A DNA stretch of 64,000 nt. Origin: Balneolaceae bacterium. Its GTDB lineage: Bacteria; Bacteroidota; Rhodothermia; Balneolales; Balneolaceae. Below the pieces are notes generated by a model. It saw only the letters and a list, made by a program, of their open reading frames with translations. It was not told the DNA's origin and did no database searches. This document shows positions 31,001-38,811 of the stretch, one piece after another. The translations under genes and the position numbers were made by a program. Positions within the stretch are counted from its first letter, which is position 1, and each line of letters begins with the position of its first letter. The stretch spans positions 1,189-65,188 of the forward strand of contig JAFIES010000115.1 of the NCBI GenBank assembly GCA_020832415.1. Direction: 5' to 3'.

Positions 31001-34000
31001 CTTTGTGTTTGAAAACCCGTTCAGAATACTCTCAGCCGGCCTGGAGAATGATACCGATCTTTTGGTTCAATTTACCTTGCCCATTCAAACACCACAGCTT
31101 GTTGGTACCGGAAGTTTTGAGCTGTCTGATGGCACATCACCATCCTCTGTAAGTGTAGCAAACTCTGAGACTCTTCGCCTCTCATTCTCAGAGCCGTTTG
31201 ATGTTGGCAGCTATCTCATCATAGCGAATGATATTACAAGCCTTGAAAATGGATGGGAGCTGGAAGAGAATTCAGAATTTGAATTTTTCAGGTTCGACGA
31301 ATACCAGCCGGGTGATATTGTGATCAATGAATTTATGTATCGCCCGCCGGAGGGATATCCGCGCTATGTGGAAATTCATAATGTGTCGGGCAGGTTTTTA
31401 AATTTGAGAGACTGGGAGTTGCGAAGAGCTGAAGGAGCATCCTCGAATGGTGGAGCTTTCAGTGAGTTCGATCTGCCCATTGAACCTGGCGGATTTGTAG
31501 TTATCACACCGAATGCATCTCTTCTTGAGGAAATTTTTGGTGATGGCCCCTGGGTTCAGATGAATAATTATCCCGGGCTTACCCAAACAACGCCCGATCG
31601 CATTCGCCTGATCGACAGCGAAGGGGATGTAGTTGAGTTTGTAGATTACAACCCGTCAACCTGGGGTGGAAATGGTGTGGCTTTGGAAAGAAGACGAACG
31701 GATTTAACACCCGAATTTTCAGAAAACTGGGACGAATCACCAAATGAACTGCTGGGGACACCGGGTCAGCCGAATGAGGTGAATCCGAATTTTGAACTGG
31801 TTGCTGAAACAGTTGAAGCACTCAGCAGAGAAGAAGTGAGAGTTGTTTTTAATGCAGATATACGTGAATCAGATGCAATTCCGGCTAATTTCTCTGTGGG
31901 AGGTACAAATCCCGAGTCGATTGTGTTCGAAAACGGAAATGAGGTACTGCTTGAGTTTAGCTCCAATCTCTCTCGCGGTGAGCGAACACTTACAATCAAT
32001 TCTGTACGTACTTTGGGTGGCTTTGAGATAGCTTCCAATTCGCAATACAGCTTTTTTGTGTTTGATCCCCATCAAAGTGGCGACATTGTTATCAATGAGT
32101 TTATGTACCGGCCTGCATCCGGTTTTGTGAGATATGTAGAGCTCTATAATCGTTCAAACAGGTTGATCAATTTGCGTGACTGGGAACTTCGCAGGGCCGA
32201 AGGTGCACCAAGTAATGGAGGTGTTTTTAGCGATTCTGATCTGGCTATACAACCGGGTGGTTACATTGTCATCACTCCTGACGACGAGCTACTTGAAGAG
32301 ATTTACGGATCAGGACCGTGGGTACAGATGAACAATTTCCCTGGTTTTACTCAGACAGTGGCTGATCAGATCAGACTGATAAATCCCGATGGTGATGTTG
32401 AGCAATTTATTGAGTATGTACCATCCACCTGGGGAGGCAATGGGGTGTCACTTGAACGAAGAAGTGTCAGTTCGCCGGAAAATAATCTGAATAACTGGGG
32501 TGAATCACTTGCAGAGCTGTTTGGAACGCCCGGTGAAGTAAATACAGTGGAACCTGATGATAAACTGCCAGAACTGATTCGGGCAGGATTTGTGAGTGCT
32601 GATACTGTTTCTGTAGAATTTTCAGGCTCTCTCGATCTGGATCAGATTTCAACCGGTAATTTTGAAATCAGCAGCAGTTTAAATATTGCCGCCGTTGAAT
32701 TTATTGATCCATTTAATGCATTGCTTGTTTTGAGTGGATCCATGAACTCAGGCACTACATATACAGTTACAGCATCCAATATCCCGGATATTTTTGGAAA
32801 TGTTTTAAGCAGTGCCCAGGCTCAGTTTTCCTACTATCTTGTTGAACAGGCTGAGCCCGGTGATGTGGTGATCAACGAATTTATGTACAACGAACCGGAC
32901 GATTACACCCGATATATTGAGCTCTTTAACCGAAGCAGTAAAGCTGTCGATTTGGCCGGATGGCGACAGGCCAATGACACGGGAACACGGCGCACTATTA
33001 CCAATCAGCAGACCATACTGCCGCCAAATTCTTATATCGTAATCGTTCCGAATGAGAACTTACTCTCCATTTTTCCTGATTTACCGTTTGTGAATGCCGG
33101 AGGAAATTTATCCGCATTGAAAAACGGGGGTGATGAAATTGTTATCGAAAATAACCTTGGGGAAGTGATGGACTCCCTGCGATACAGCCCAACATGGGGA
33201 GGTAATGGTGTGGCTCTTGAACGGCGCCGTGCAGACAGATCACCACTATTCCGGGAAAACTGGGCAGAATCACCCAACGAATTGTTTGGAACACCGGGTG
33301 CACCCAATGATGTAGAGCGTGATTTCAACCTGACAGCAACAACCGCTCGGGCAACATCCCGACGCGCAGTTGAAGTTGTGTTCAATGCAAATATCAGGGA
33401 AGATGATCTGATAACCTCAAATTTTTCAGTGAATGGTGCGAATCCATCCGAGATTACTTTTGAAGAGACCGATACAATTCTATTAGAGTTTGACAACAAC
33501 TTCCCGATAGGAAGCCGGACTCTCACAATTTCTAACATTCGTACACTTGGCGGGTTTCAGATAGCCGATAACTCACAGTTTACATTTACAGTGTTTGATG
33601 AATTCGAGGATGGGGATATTGTAATCAACGAATTTATGTATCGTCCGCCAACGGGATATGTACGATATGTTGAGCTTTTTAATAACTCTGACAAACTGCT
33701 CAATCTGCGTAACTGGAGGCTTCAGAGGCGTCAAATTTCAAGTGAATCAAGAAGAATTATTTCTGAAGACGATCTGCTTCTTGAACCGGGTGATTTTATC
33801 GTAATCACAGAAGATGAAGAGCGAATGGTTGAAATTTTTGGTGAGCGAAACTTCTACGAAATTTCAAGCTTTCCCAATTTTACAGTAACCGCAGCCGATC
33901 AAATAAGGCTCTTCACAGATACAGATCTGTTGGCAGATTCACTGGAATATACACCATCTTCATGGGGTGGAAACGGGGTGGCACTGGAGAGAATCAGTGC

Positions 34001-36107
34001 GGATGCACCGGCTACACTACAACAAAATTGGGAGGAATCGCCCAATGAACTACTCGGTACACCCGGATTGCCAAATGATGTTACTCCGGATACCCAGCCA
34101 CCCGTTCTGCTGAGCGGTGTTCAGTTCGAAGATCAGGGATTCAGGCTGCGTTTCAATAAAGAGCTTGACTCTGAAACGGCACTTACAGCTTCCAATTACT
34201 CCATTTCACCGTCAATGTCTGTTTCAATGGTTGGCTTAGATGGAACAGACGTTATTCTTTTCGTTAGTGGTGATTTGGTGAATGATCAGGTATATGAAAT
34301 AACTGCACAGAACATAAGTGATATTTTTGGAAATGTGATGCAGCCAACAACCATATCTGTTCGATATCTCGAATTTGGGGATGCTCAACCACGGGAGATT
34401 GTAATCAATGAAATTCTCTACAGAAGATTACAGGCCGGAAGCCCGGAGTTTGTTGAGATTTTCAACCGGACTGAGCAGAATTTTGATCTTACCGGATGGA
34501 GCCTCGCCGATGCCACCGGCAGTGCCAATATTCCGGCGGGAACGGCCATTCGGGAGAACGATTATCTGGTATTTACAGATACAGAATCATTTGCAGCAGA
34601 GAACGAAAGAATTATCTATCTGCCCGGATTTCGATCACTCAACAACACAACTGACGCCGTTGTGATACGAAATTCTTCAGGAACTGCAATCGACAGTCTT
34701 ACCTACCGGGCATCGTGGTATAACAACCCCGCAGGAGTCTCACTCGAGCGAAGAGACCCGGCGGCTATTTCCATCGACCGGGCAAATTGGGCTCCAAGTA
34801 CGGATGAACGCGGCTCAACACCTGCAGAAGAAAACAGCAGGTTTGAACCGGATGAAACACCGCCTTCTGTAATTTTTGCAAACATATTTCACCCTGATTC
34901 TCTTGAGGTTGTTTTCAGTGAATTTATAGATCTGACGAATGAAACCGGGACCGGTTCAAACAAAAATGGTATGATGGCGAATCGATTGGATCAGAGAAAT
35001 GATACACCCAACAACACAAGGTTTTTGATAAATGGATCGGTTACAGATCTGTTGAAATATGACGCCCGCTTTGGAAATCGGGTAGTACTGAGTGCAGCCG
35101 GCACTACTTTTGGCGAATCGATTACACTGACTATCGAAAACCTGGGAGATTTTCAGGGAAATATTTCAACAGAGATTGAGCAGCCTGTAGCACAGCCTCT
35201 TCAGCCCGGCGATCTTGTTTTCAATGAAATTATGTACAATCCGCTGGCTGACGATCGCGATGGAATTCCTGATCAGTCTGAATATATTGAAATCTACAAT
35301 CGCAGGTCGTATGCGGTATCACTGGAGGGGATTTTTCTGCACGATGAACCGAATGAAAATGATGAAATTGTACGTATTGAACCTTTAACGAGCTCTCAGA
35401 GATGGTTGCCGGCAAATGGTTATGCACTTTTTTATCCTGAGCCTACAGCGAGGCCGTTTACAGAGAGCCGGACAGCACGGTTCTTTGAACTGAGTGATGA
35501 TTTTGAGCCATTTGCTTTTCAGGCTATTCGAACTACGCTGAGTCTTCCGAATGCCGGTCGCAGAGTGTACCTCGCCGACAGCACCCGAACAGTTATCGAT
35601 ATGGTAGATTACAGCCCCGACTGGCACAATCCAAACCTGGTGGATACACGGGGAATTTCGCTCGAACGCGTTAATCCGGATTTAGAAACAAACGATCCAT
35701 CCAATTGGAGCTCAAACACCACCATTCAGGGCGGGAGTCCCGGGATGCAAAACTCAATATTTCAGGAAACGGCAGTATCCATTACAGATACCGGTGTTTT
35801 TCTTGATCCGAACCCCTTCTCTCCTGATGGTGATGGGTTTGAGGATAATCTCTTTATCAATTATAAATTTGATGAACCCGACTATCTGCTGCGGGTACGA
35901 ATTTACGATCGATACGGGCGATTGGTGAGAACCCTTGCTGAAGGTACTGCTGCCGGTTTCGAGGGATCGATTATTTGGGATGGCCTTACGGATGATGGGC
36001 AGAGAAACCGGATAGGTATCTACATTGTATTTGTTGAGGCATACAACAGCAGCAGCGGCAGAAACAGGGCATTCAGGGAAACCGCAGTACTTGCGAGGCA
36101 GTTTTAG
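28086..36107 (+). CDS. Giant secreted multi-domain protein (2673 aa). It has a jelly-roll-like N domain, Ig-like repeats, seven lamin-tail-domain (LTD) modules and a C-terminal FlgD-Ig/T9SS-CTD-like beta-sandwich.
   Basis: The signal peptide ends ...GPALQAQQ. The LTD signature recurs seven times: INEFMYRP..RYVE[LI].N.S...LNLR.W.L ... WGGNGV[AS]LERR...NW.ESPNEL.GTPG.PN. The C-terminus reads NPFSPDGDGFEDNLFINY...VRIYDRYGRLVRTL...IIWDGLTDDGQRNRIGIYIVFVEAY. Confidence 0.9.
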   Translation: MTLLLRSIRYSLIFIISVITLGPALQAQQVVFEEDFEGYSSVADFINNSPWSGDLEDFTLVTENGNQLLRLNASEAGLSELSFESETAYGTWEFYYRPEVAPSNANRTHFFLISETDDFNIIGSGATSSTNGYVLRAGDNTGNRVFKLGRVVNGSLATTNIFLETNTVIEEGVGYFVRITRSENGDWQIILRNDVNDDEEITVVANDNIYTTSSHSGIAVIYSGLNTENFFFDDFIISEETDEFLAESVELTRANQLDITFNNTVDEFTVLTSNFSVDGGAGNPSSAEVLDGEDNVVRLTFSDPFGDGDFNLTINNVQDEFGQEIEPGTELPFSVTNPFDVESITAVSSTSLEVEFTEAPDEATLSTSNFTLSGGGITGSIQPDNIEYTEGEESVFLNFGTALSLGDYQLTIDDVLSEFDWPLRGDNVFDFEVENPFIVTDFNALNRTTFEITFSQDIQSGGDNTANYSIAGIGSPQIAEVPAGSPNVVIIQFADPLDEGDFELQIENITSVDSWQIDDGTAAEFALINNFELDTLDLFRGDEITLEFSDVPDEATLITSNFEISGIGNPADISYDPLADPNIVVLELNEPLFSDDYTLITTNLLSEFGWPLFGDTEFAFTVDNPFEVSDFEIVSTTEFVVTFSQNLLAGSVNTSAFVINGIGSPNNASIENDNAVRITFNDSVDEGDQELIINDIRSLEGWQIAPDTTIPFALFGDYEPGDLVVSELYYRVPISWRTSEFDRPRYLEIFNRSDKTLNLRNFTLTGQNISVDSDLPISPGEYLVLTRGVPVFEERFGERNFVEVDNFPTLNLTTSSSVVFETDEGELIEQFTYVASTWGGNEVSLERISFDVPSEFRDNWAESEDILTGSPGLPNTVSPPTDVPQAVSAAFPAPQTLRITFSRTLSESSLESLSNFSLNNNAVFTSVEFTSDERTIEFELDDTLEDQFEYTLSYQNIDDIFGNSVSGAQQFNFVFENPFRILSAGLENDTDLLVQFTLPIQTPQLVGTGSFELSDGTSPSSVSVANSETLRLSFSEPFDVGSYLIIANDITSLENGWELEENSEFEFFRFDEYQPGDIVINEFMYRPPEGYPRYVEIHNVSGRFLNLRDWELRRAEGASSNGGAFSEFDLPIEPGGFVVITPNASLLEEIFGDGPWVQMNNYPGLTQTTPDRIRLIDSEGDVVEFVDYNPSTWGGNGVALERRRTDLTPEFSENWDESPNELLGTPGQPNEVNPNFELVAETVEALSREEVRVVFNADIRESDAIPANFSVGGTNPESIVFENGNEVLLEFSSNLSRGERTLTINSVRTLGGFEIASNSQYSFFVFDPHQSGDIVINEFMYRPASGFVRYVELYNRSNRLINLRDWELRRAEGAPSNGGVFSDSDLAIQPGGYIVITPDDELLEEIYGSGPWVQMNNFPGFTQTVADQIRLINPDGDVEQFIEYVPSTWGGNGVSLERRSVSSPENNLNNWGESLAELFGTPGEVNTVEPDDKLPELIRAGFVSADTVSVEFSGSLDLDQISTGNFEISSSLNIAAVEFIDPFNALLVLSGSMNSGTTYTVTASNIPDIFGNVLSSAQAQFSYYLVEQAEPGDVVINEFMYNEPDDYTRYIELFNRSSKAVDLAGWRQANDTGTRRTITNQQTILPPNSYIVIVPNENLLSIFPDLPFVNAGGNLSALKNGGDEIVIENNLGEVMDSLRYSPTWGGNGVALERRRADRSPLFRENWAESPNELFGTPGAPNDVERDFNLTATTARATSRRAVEVVFNANIREDDLITSNFSVNGANPSEITFEETDTILLEFDNNFPIGSRTLTISNIRTLGGFQIADNSQFTFTVFDEFEDGDIVINEFMYRPPTGYVRYVELFNNSDKLLNLRNWRLQRRQISSESRRIISEDDLLLEPGDFIVITEDEERMVEIFGERNFYEISSFPNFTVTAADQIRLFTDTDLLADSLEYTPSSWGGNGVALERISADAPATLQQNWEESPNELLGTPGLPNDVTPDTQPPVLLSGVQFEDQGFRLRFNKELDSETALTASNYSISPSMSVSMVGLDGTDVILFVSGDLVNDQVYEITAQNISDIFGNVMQPTTISVRYLEFGDAQPREIVINEILYRRLQAGSPEFVEIFNRTEQNFDLTGWSLADATGSANIPAGTAIRENDYLVFTDTESFAAENERIIYLPGFRSLNNTTDAVVIRNSSGTAIDSLTYRASWYNNPAGVSLERRDPAAISIDRANWAPSTDERGSTPAEENSRFEPDETPPSVIFANIFHPDSLEVVFSEFIDLTNETGTGSNKNGMMANRLDQRNDTPNNTRFLINGSVTDLLKYDARFGNRVVLSAAGTTFGESITLTIENLGDFQGNISTEIEQPVAQPLQPGDLVFNEIMYNPLADDRDGIPDQSEYIEIYNRRSYAVSLEGIFLHDEPNENDEIVRIEPLTSSQRWLPANGYALFYPEPTARPFTESRTARFFELSDDFEPFAFQAIRTTLSLPNAGRRVYLADSTRTVIDMVDYSPDWHNPNLVDTRGISLERVNPDLETNDPSNWSSNTTIQGGSPGMQNSIFQETAVSITDTGVFLDPNPFSPDGDGFEDNLFINYKFDEPDYLLRVRIYDRYGRLVRTLAEGTAAGFEGSIIWDGLTDDGQRNRIGIYIVFVEAYNSSSGRNRAFRETAVLARQF
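30246..35753 (+). repeat. Intragenic tandem array of seven LTD-plus-Ig-like modules
   Basis: LTD modules start at 30246, 31311, 32079, 32859, 33612, 34392 and 35209. From module 2 onward the period is about 750-820 bp. Modules 2+3 and 4+5 form a higher-order repeat of about 1.54 kb (31311->32859, 32079->33612). Confidence 0.8.
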
Positions 36108-36139
36108 AATCAATCTTCAAATAAAAACACGGGCATTTT

Positions 36140-37687
36140 ATGAAATGTGCAGTAGCTGCCGGGCACACTGAAACTGCAAAGAGTGCGGCCAACGTGTTAA
36201 AAGAAGGAGGAAACGCATTTGATGCGGTAGTTGCAGCACATCTAACTGCATGTGTTGCTGAACCGGTCCTCTCATCACTTGGGGGAGGCGGCTTTTTGCT
36301 TGCCAAAAGTGCAACCGGGAAATCGGTTTGTTATGATTTTTTTGCACAAACACCATTTGTAAAAAACAGAGAGACAGCCGGTTCATTTTTTAATATCTCT
36401 GCCGATTTCGGTACGGTAAAGCAGAATTTTCGGGTAGGCCCGGGTTCCATTGCAACACCCGGTACTGTTAAAGGTTTATTCAGTATCCATAAGGATCTCT
36501 GTTCGATGCCATTTGAAAGGCTCGCTGACCACGCTTCAAATCTTGCCAAAAATGGTGTTGTGATGAATAAGTTCCAGGCTGAAATATTGCGGATTGTAAA
36601 ACCCATCTACCAAATTGATAGTGATGTAAAGAAGTATTTCTCATCTGATGTTGACGGCAATTTGCTAAGAGAAGGAGATCTGTTCAAAAACCCGGAGTTT
36701 GCAGATGTTTTGGAAGGTTTATCCAAAGAAGGAGAAGCATTTTTTTATGATGGAGAAATTGCAAAATCTATTCAAAATGTAAGTGCGGGGTCAGGCGGGC
36801 ATCTTACTGCTGAAGATTTAAAAAATTACGAGGTCGAAAGAAGAGAACCGCTTGCGTGTGAGCTGTTCAACAATACGTTTATCATTAATCCACCACCCGC
36901 ATCGGGAGGTATTTTAGTGGCATTTGCCGCAAAACTGTGTGAAGCCGCTGGTCTTAATCGGTTCAAACCGGGAACCGCTGATTATTTAGAGCGGCTTGCA
37001 GAAGTTCAGAAGCTTACAAATAAAGCGAGAATTGAGCAGGTGATGGATGATCAAAGTGAAAACCGGTTAAATGAACTGCTGGGCGATGATCTGATCAATC
37101 TATACAGAGCCGAAATCAGTCAGAGGTTTTCATCGGGCAGGGGTACAACTCAGATAAGTGTTGCCGATCAGTTTGGCAATTTTGCATCCTTAACTACCAG
37201 CAATGGGGAGGGTAGTGGCGTGTTGGTTCCGGGCACATCAATAATGATGAACAACATGCTTGGTGAAGAGGATCTTTTTCCCGGAGGAGCCGGAAGTTGG
37301 GAGCCAAATCAAAGAATATCATCCATGATGGCTCCCGGTATTCTTCAGTTAAATGATGGCCAGGAAATTGCATTTGGATCGGGTGGATCGAATCGAATAC
37401 GAACAGCTATTTTACAAGTACTGCTGAATATAATGGCTTATCAGGGTGACATCAGAAAGGCCACTGAGGCATCACGGATTCATGTGGAGGGAGATACATT
37501 AAATATTGAGGGTGGCTTCGATATGCAAACCATTCGGCATCTCGAAAAACTGTTCAAGGATACTGAAATTTGGGATAATCAAAGCCTCTTTTTTGGAGGT
37601 GTCCACCTTGTGGGCAGATCGAAAGATGGTCTCTTCTCAGGCTTCGGAGATCCCCGGCGCGGTGGAGTATTTTTGACTGTTGATTAA
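36140..37687 (+). CDS. ggt: Gamma-glutamyltransferase-family (Ntn-hydrolase) protein without a signal peptide
   Basis: The N-terminus AAGHTETAKSAANVLKEGGNAFDAVVAAHLTACVAEPVLSSLGGGGFLL is GGT-like. GRGTTQISVADQFGN is the autoprocessing Thr site and GSGGSNRIRTA is a further GGT block. The gene starts 32 nt after the giant gene with no terminator hairpin between them. Confidence 0.88.
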   Translation: MKCAVAAGHTETAKSAANVLKEGGNAFDAVVAAHLTACVAEPVLSSLGGGGFLLAKSATGKSVCYDFFAQTPFVKNRETAGSFFNISADFGTVKQNFRVGPGSIATPGTVKGLFSIHKDLCSMPFERLADHASNLAKNGVVMNKFQAEILRIVKPIYQIDSDVKKYFSSDVDGNLLREGDLFKNPEFADVLEGLSKEGEAFFYDGEIAKSIQNVSAGSGGHLTAEDLKNYEVERREPLACELFNNTFIINPPPASGGILVAFAAKLCEAAGLNRFKPGTADYLERLAEVQKLTNKARIEQVMDDQSENRLNELLGDDLINLYRAEISQRFSSGRGTTQISVADQFGNFASLTTSNGEGSGVLVPGTSIMMNNMLGEEDLFPGGAGSWEPNQRISSMMAPGILQLNDGQEIAFGSGGSNRIRTAILQVLLNIMAYQGDIRKATEASRIHVEGDTLNIEGGFDMQTIRHLEKLFKDTEIWDNQSLFFGGVHLVGRSKDGLFSGFGDPRRGGVFLTVD

Positions 37688-37700
37688 ACAAGAAGTTTAT

Positions 37701-38561
37701 TTATAAACTTGTTTCTGCAATTTTTAACAGCTGCTGCAGATCCTCAACGCGCCCGGTATTCTTCGCTTTTGCATAAGCATGCATCAAATTCCGGATGCAG
37801 CGTTTCAGAATCTCCGCTTCATCGGCTTTTTTCAAGTGTTCCGGGCGTGGTTCAATTCCATTTTTTTTCAGAAAATAGCAGCATTGATTGTAGGTAACTA
37901 TGGAGCCGCTATCGAAGGGATCAATAAGTATTTCACGATCGTGCATTTTATACATCAGCATGAAATGAATCGGCATATTCACTCCGTAAAACGGCAGGCC
38001 TAATCGGCGGGCCAGGAAAATCACAATGGCACTGAGCATAATGGGCAAACCTTTTCTGCGATCAATCACCCTGTCGAGATATGCATTATCCGTGTTATGA
38101 TAATCTTTTGCATCACCGCGAAACCGAAGCTCACGAAATACAAATTGCAGCATGATCTGCATTTTCTCGGTCATGGATGGTGTATACGCTATCTCGCTGC
38201 CAATTTGAGAGCTCAGTTTATTCAGTTTCTTGCGATACTCCTCAACACGCAGAGTAGGGTTGCCAAATTTGCTTAGCAGCAGTAGGGCATCTTCCAGTTG
38301 GCGCCTGTCATTTACACCCTGTTCAGCGAGTTCCGCAAACTCATCCAGAATGGAACCATACGTAATGGAGGAGATAATCTCATTGATAGAATCTTTTTCG
38401 GTTTCACGGATTGATTCACTCCGGAACTGATCCAGCAGCGGGACAGCATTTTCTCCAAGCTCTTTAAATCGGTTACGTACTCCGTGCTGTACCTCCGGAT
38501 CGGGATCATCAAGCAGGTAAATCAGCGATTCTATTTCATTCGGTTTGGGATGTTCTGCCAT
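37701..38561 (-). CDS. SirB1/YchA-type transglutaminase-like protein with an N-terminal HEAT-like repeat
   Basis: RKGLPIMLSAIVIFLARRLGLPFYGVNMPIHFMLMY matches the UPF0162/SirB1 N-domain core. The N-terminus is LLDDPDPEVQHGVRNRF. Confidence 0.7.
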   Translation of the reverse strand: MAEHPKPNEIESLIYLLDDPDPEVQHGVRNRFKELGENAVPLLDQFRSESIRETEKDSINEIISSITYGSILDEFAELAEQGVNDRRQLEDALLLLSKFGNPTLRVEEYRKKLNKLSSQIGSEIAYTPSMTEKMQIMLQFVFRELRFRGDAKDYHNTDNAYLDRVIDRRKGLPIMLSAIVIFLARRLGLPFYGVNMPIHFMLMYKMHDREILIDPFDSGSIVTYNQCCYFLKKNGIEPRPEHLKKADEAEILKRCIRNLMHAYAKAKNTGRVEDLQQLLKIAETSL

Positions 38562-38811
38562 AATTTTTTTTAAGTAAACACTCTGTACTGGATAACGATT
38601 CCAAACTTAGGCACGAATTTTACCCAAATCAATTTTTATAATAATTGATGATTCATTGCCCGAAAATGAGATCAGAATAATCAGAAAGGCATCAATTTGG
38701 CCGTATTATCAAATAATTTCCTGTTTTTGAATAGTAAAATGTAAATTAAATATTATACTTGTTTTAACAGGAAGTTCTTTAAATCTAATTTCACACTAAA
38801 ATCAATAAGAA

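Noticed and set aside
28843-35627. Many 60-168-aa ORFs inside the giant gene, on both strands or out of frame (for example 29895-30386, 30272-30709, 33032-33538 and 35385-35627)
   Set aside because: All are nested within, or antisense to, the continuous 8 kb ORF with its strong repeated domain signatures. Their sequences are low-complexity and show no motifs. They are shadow ORFs.
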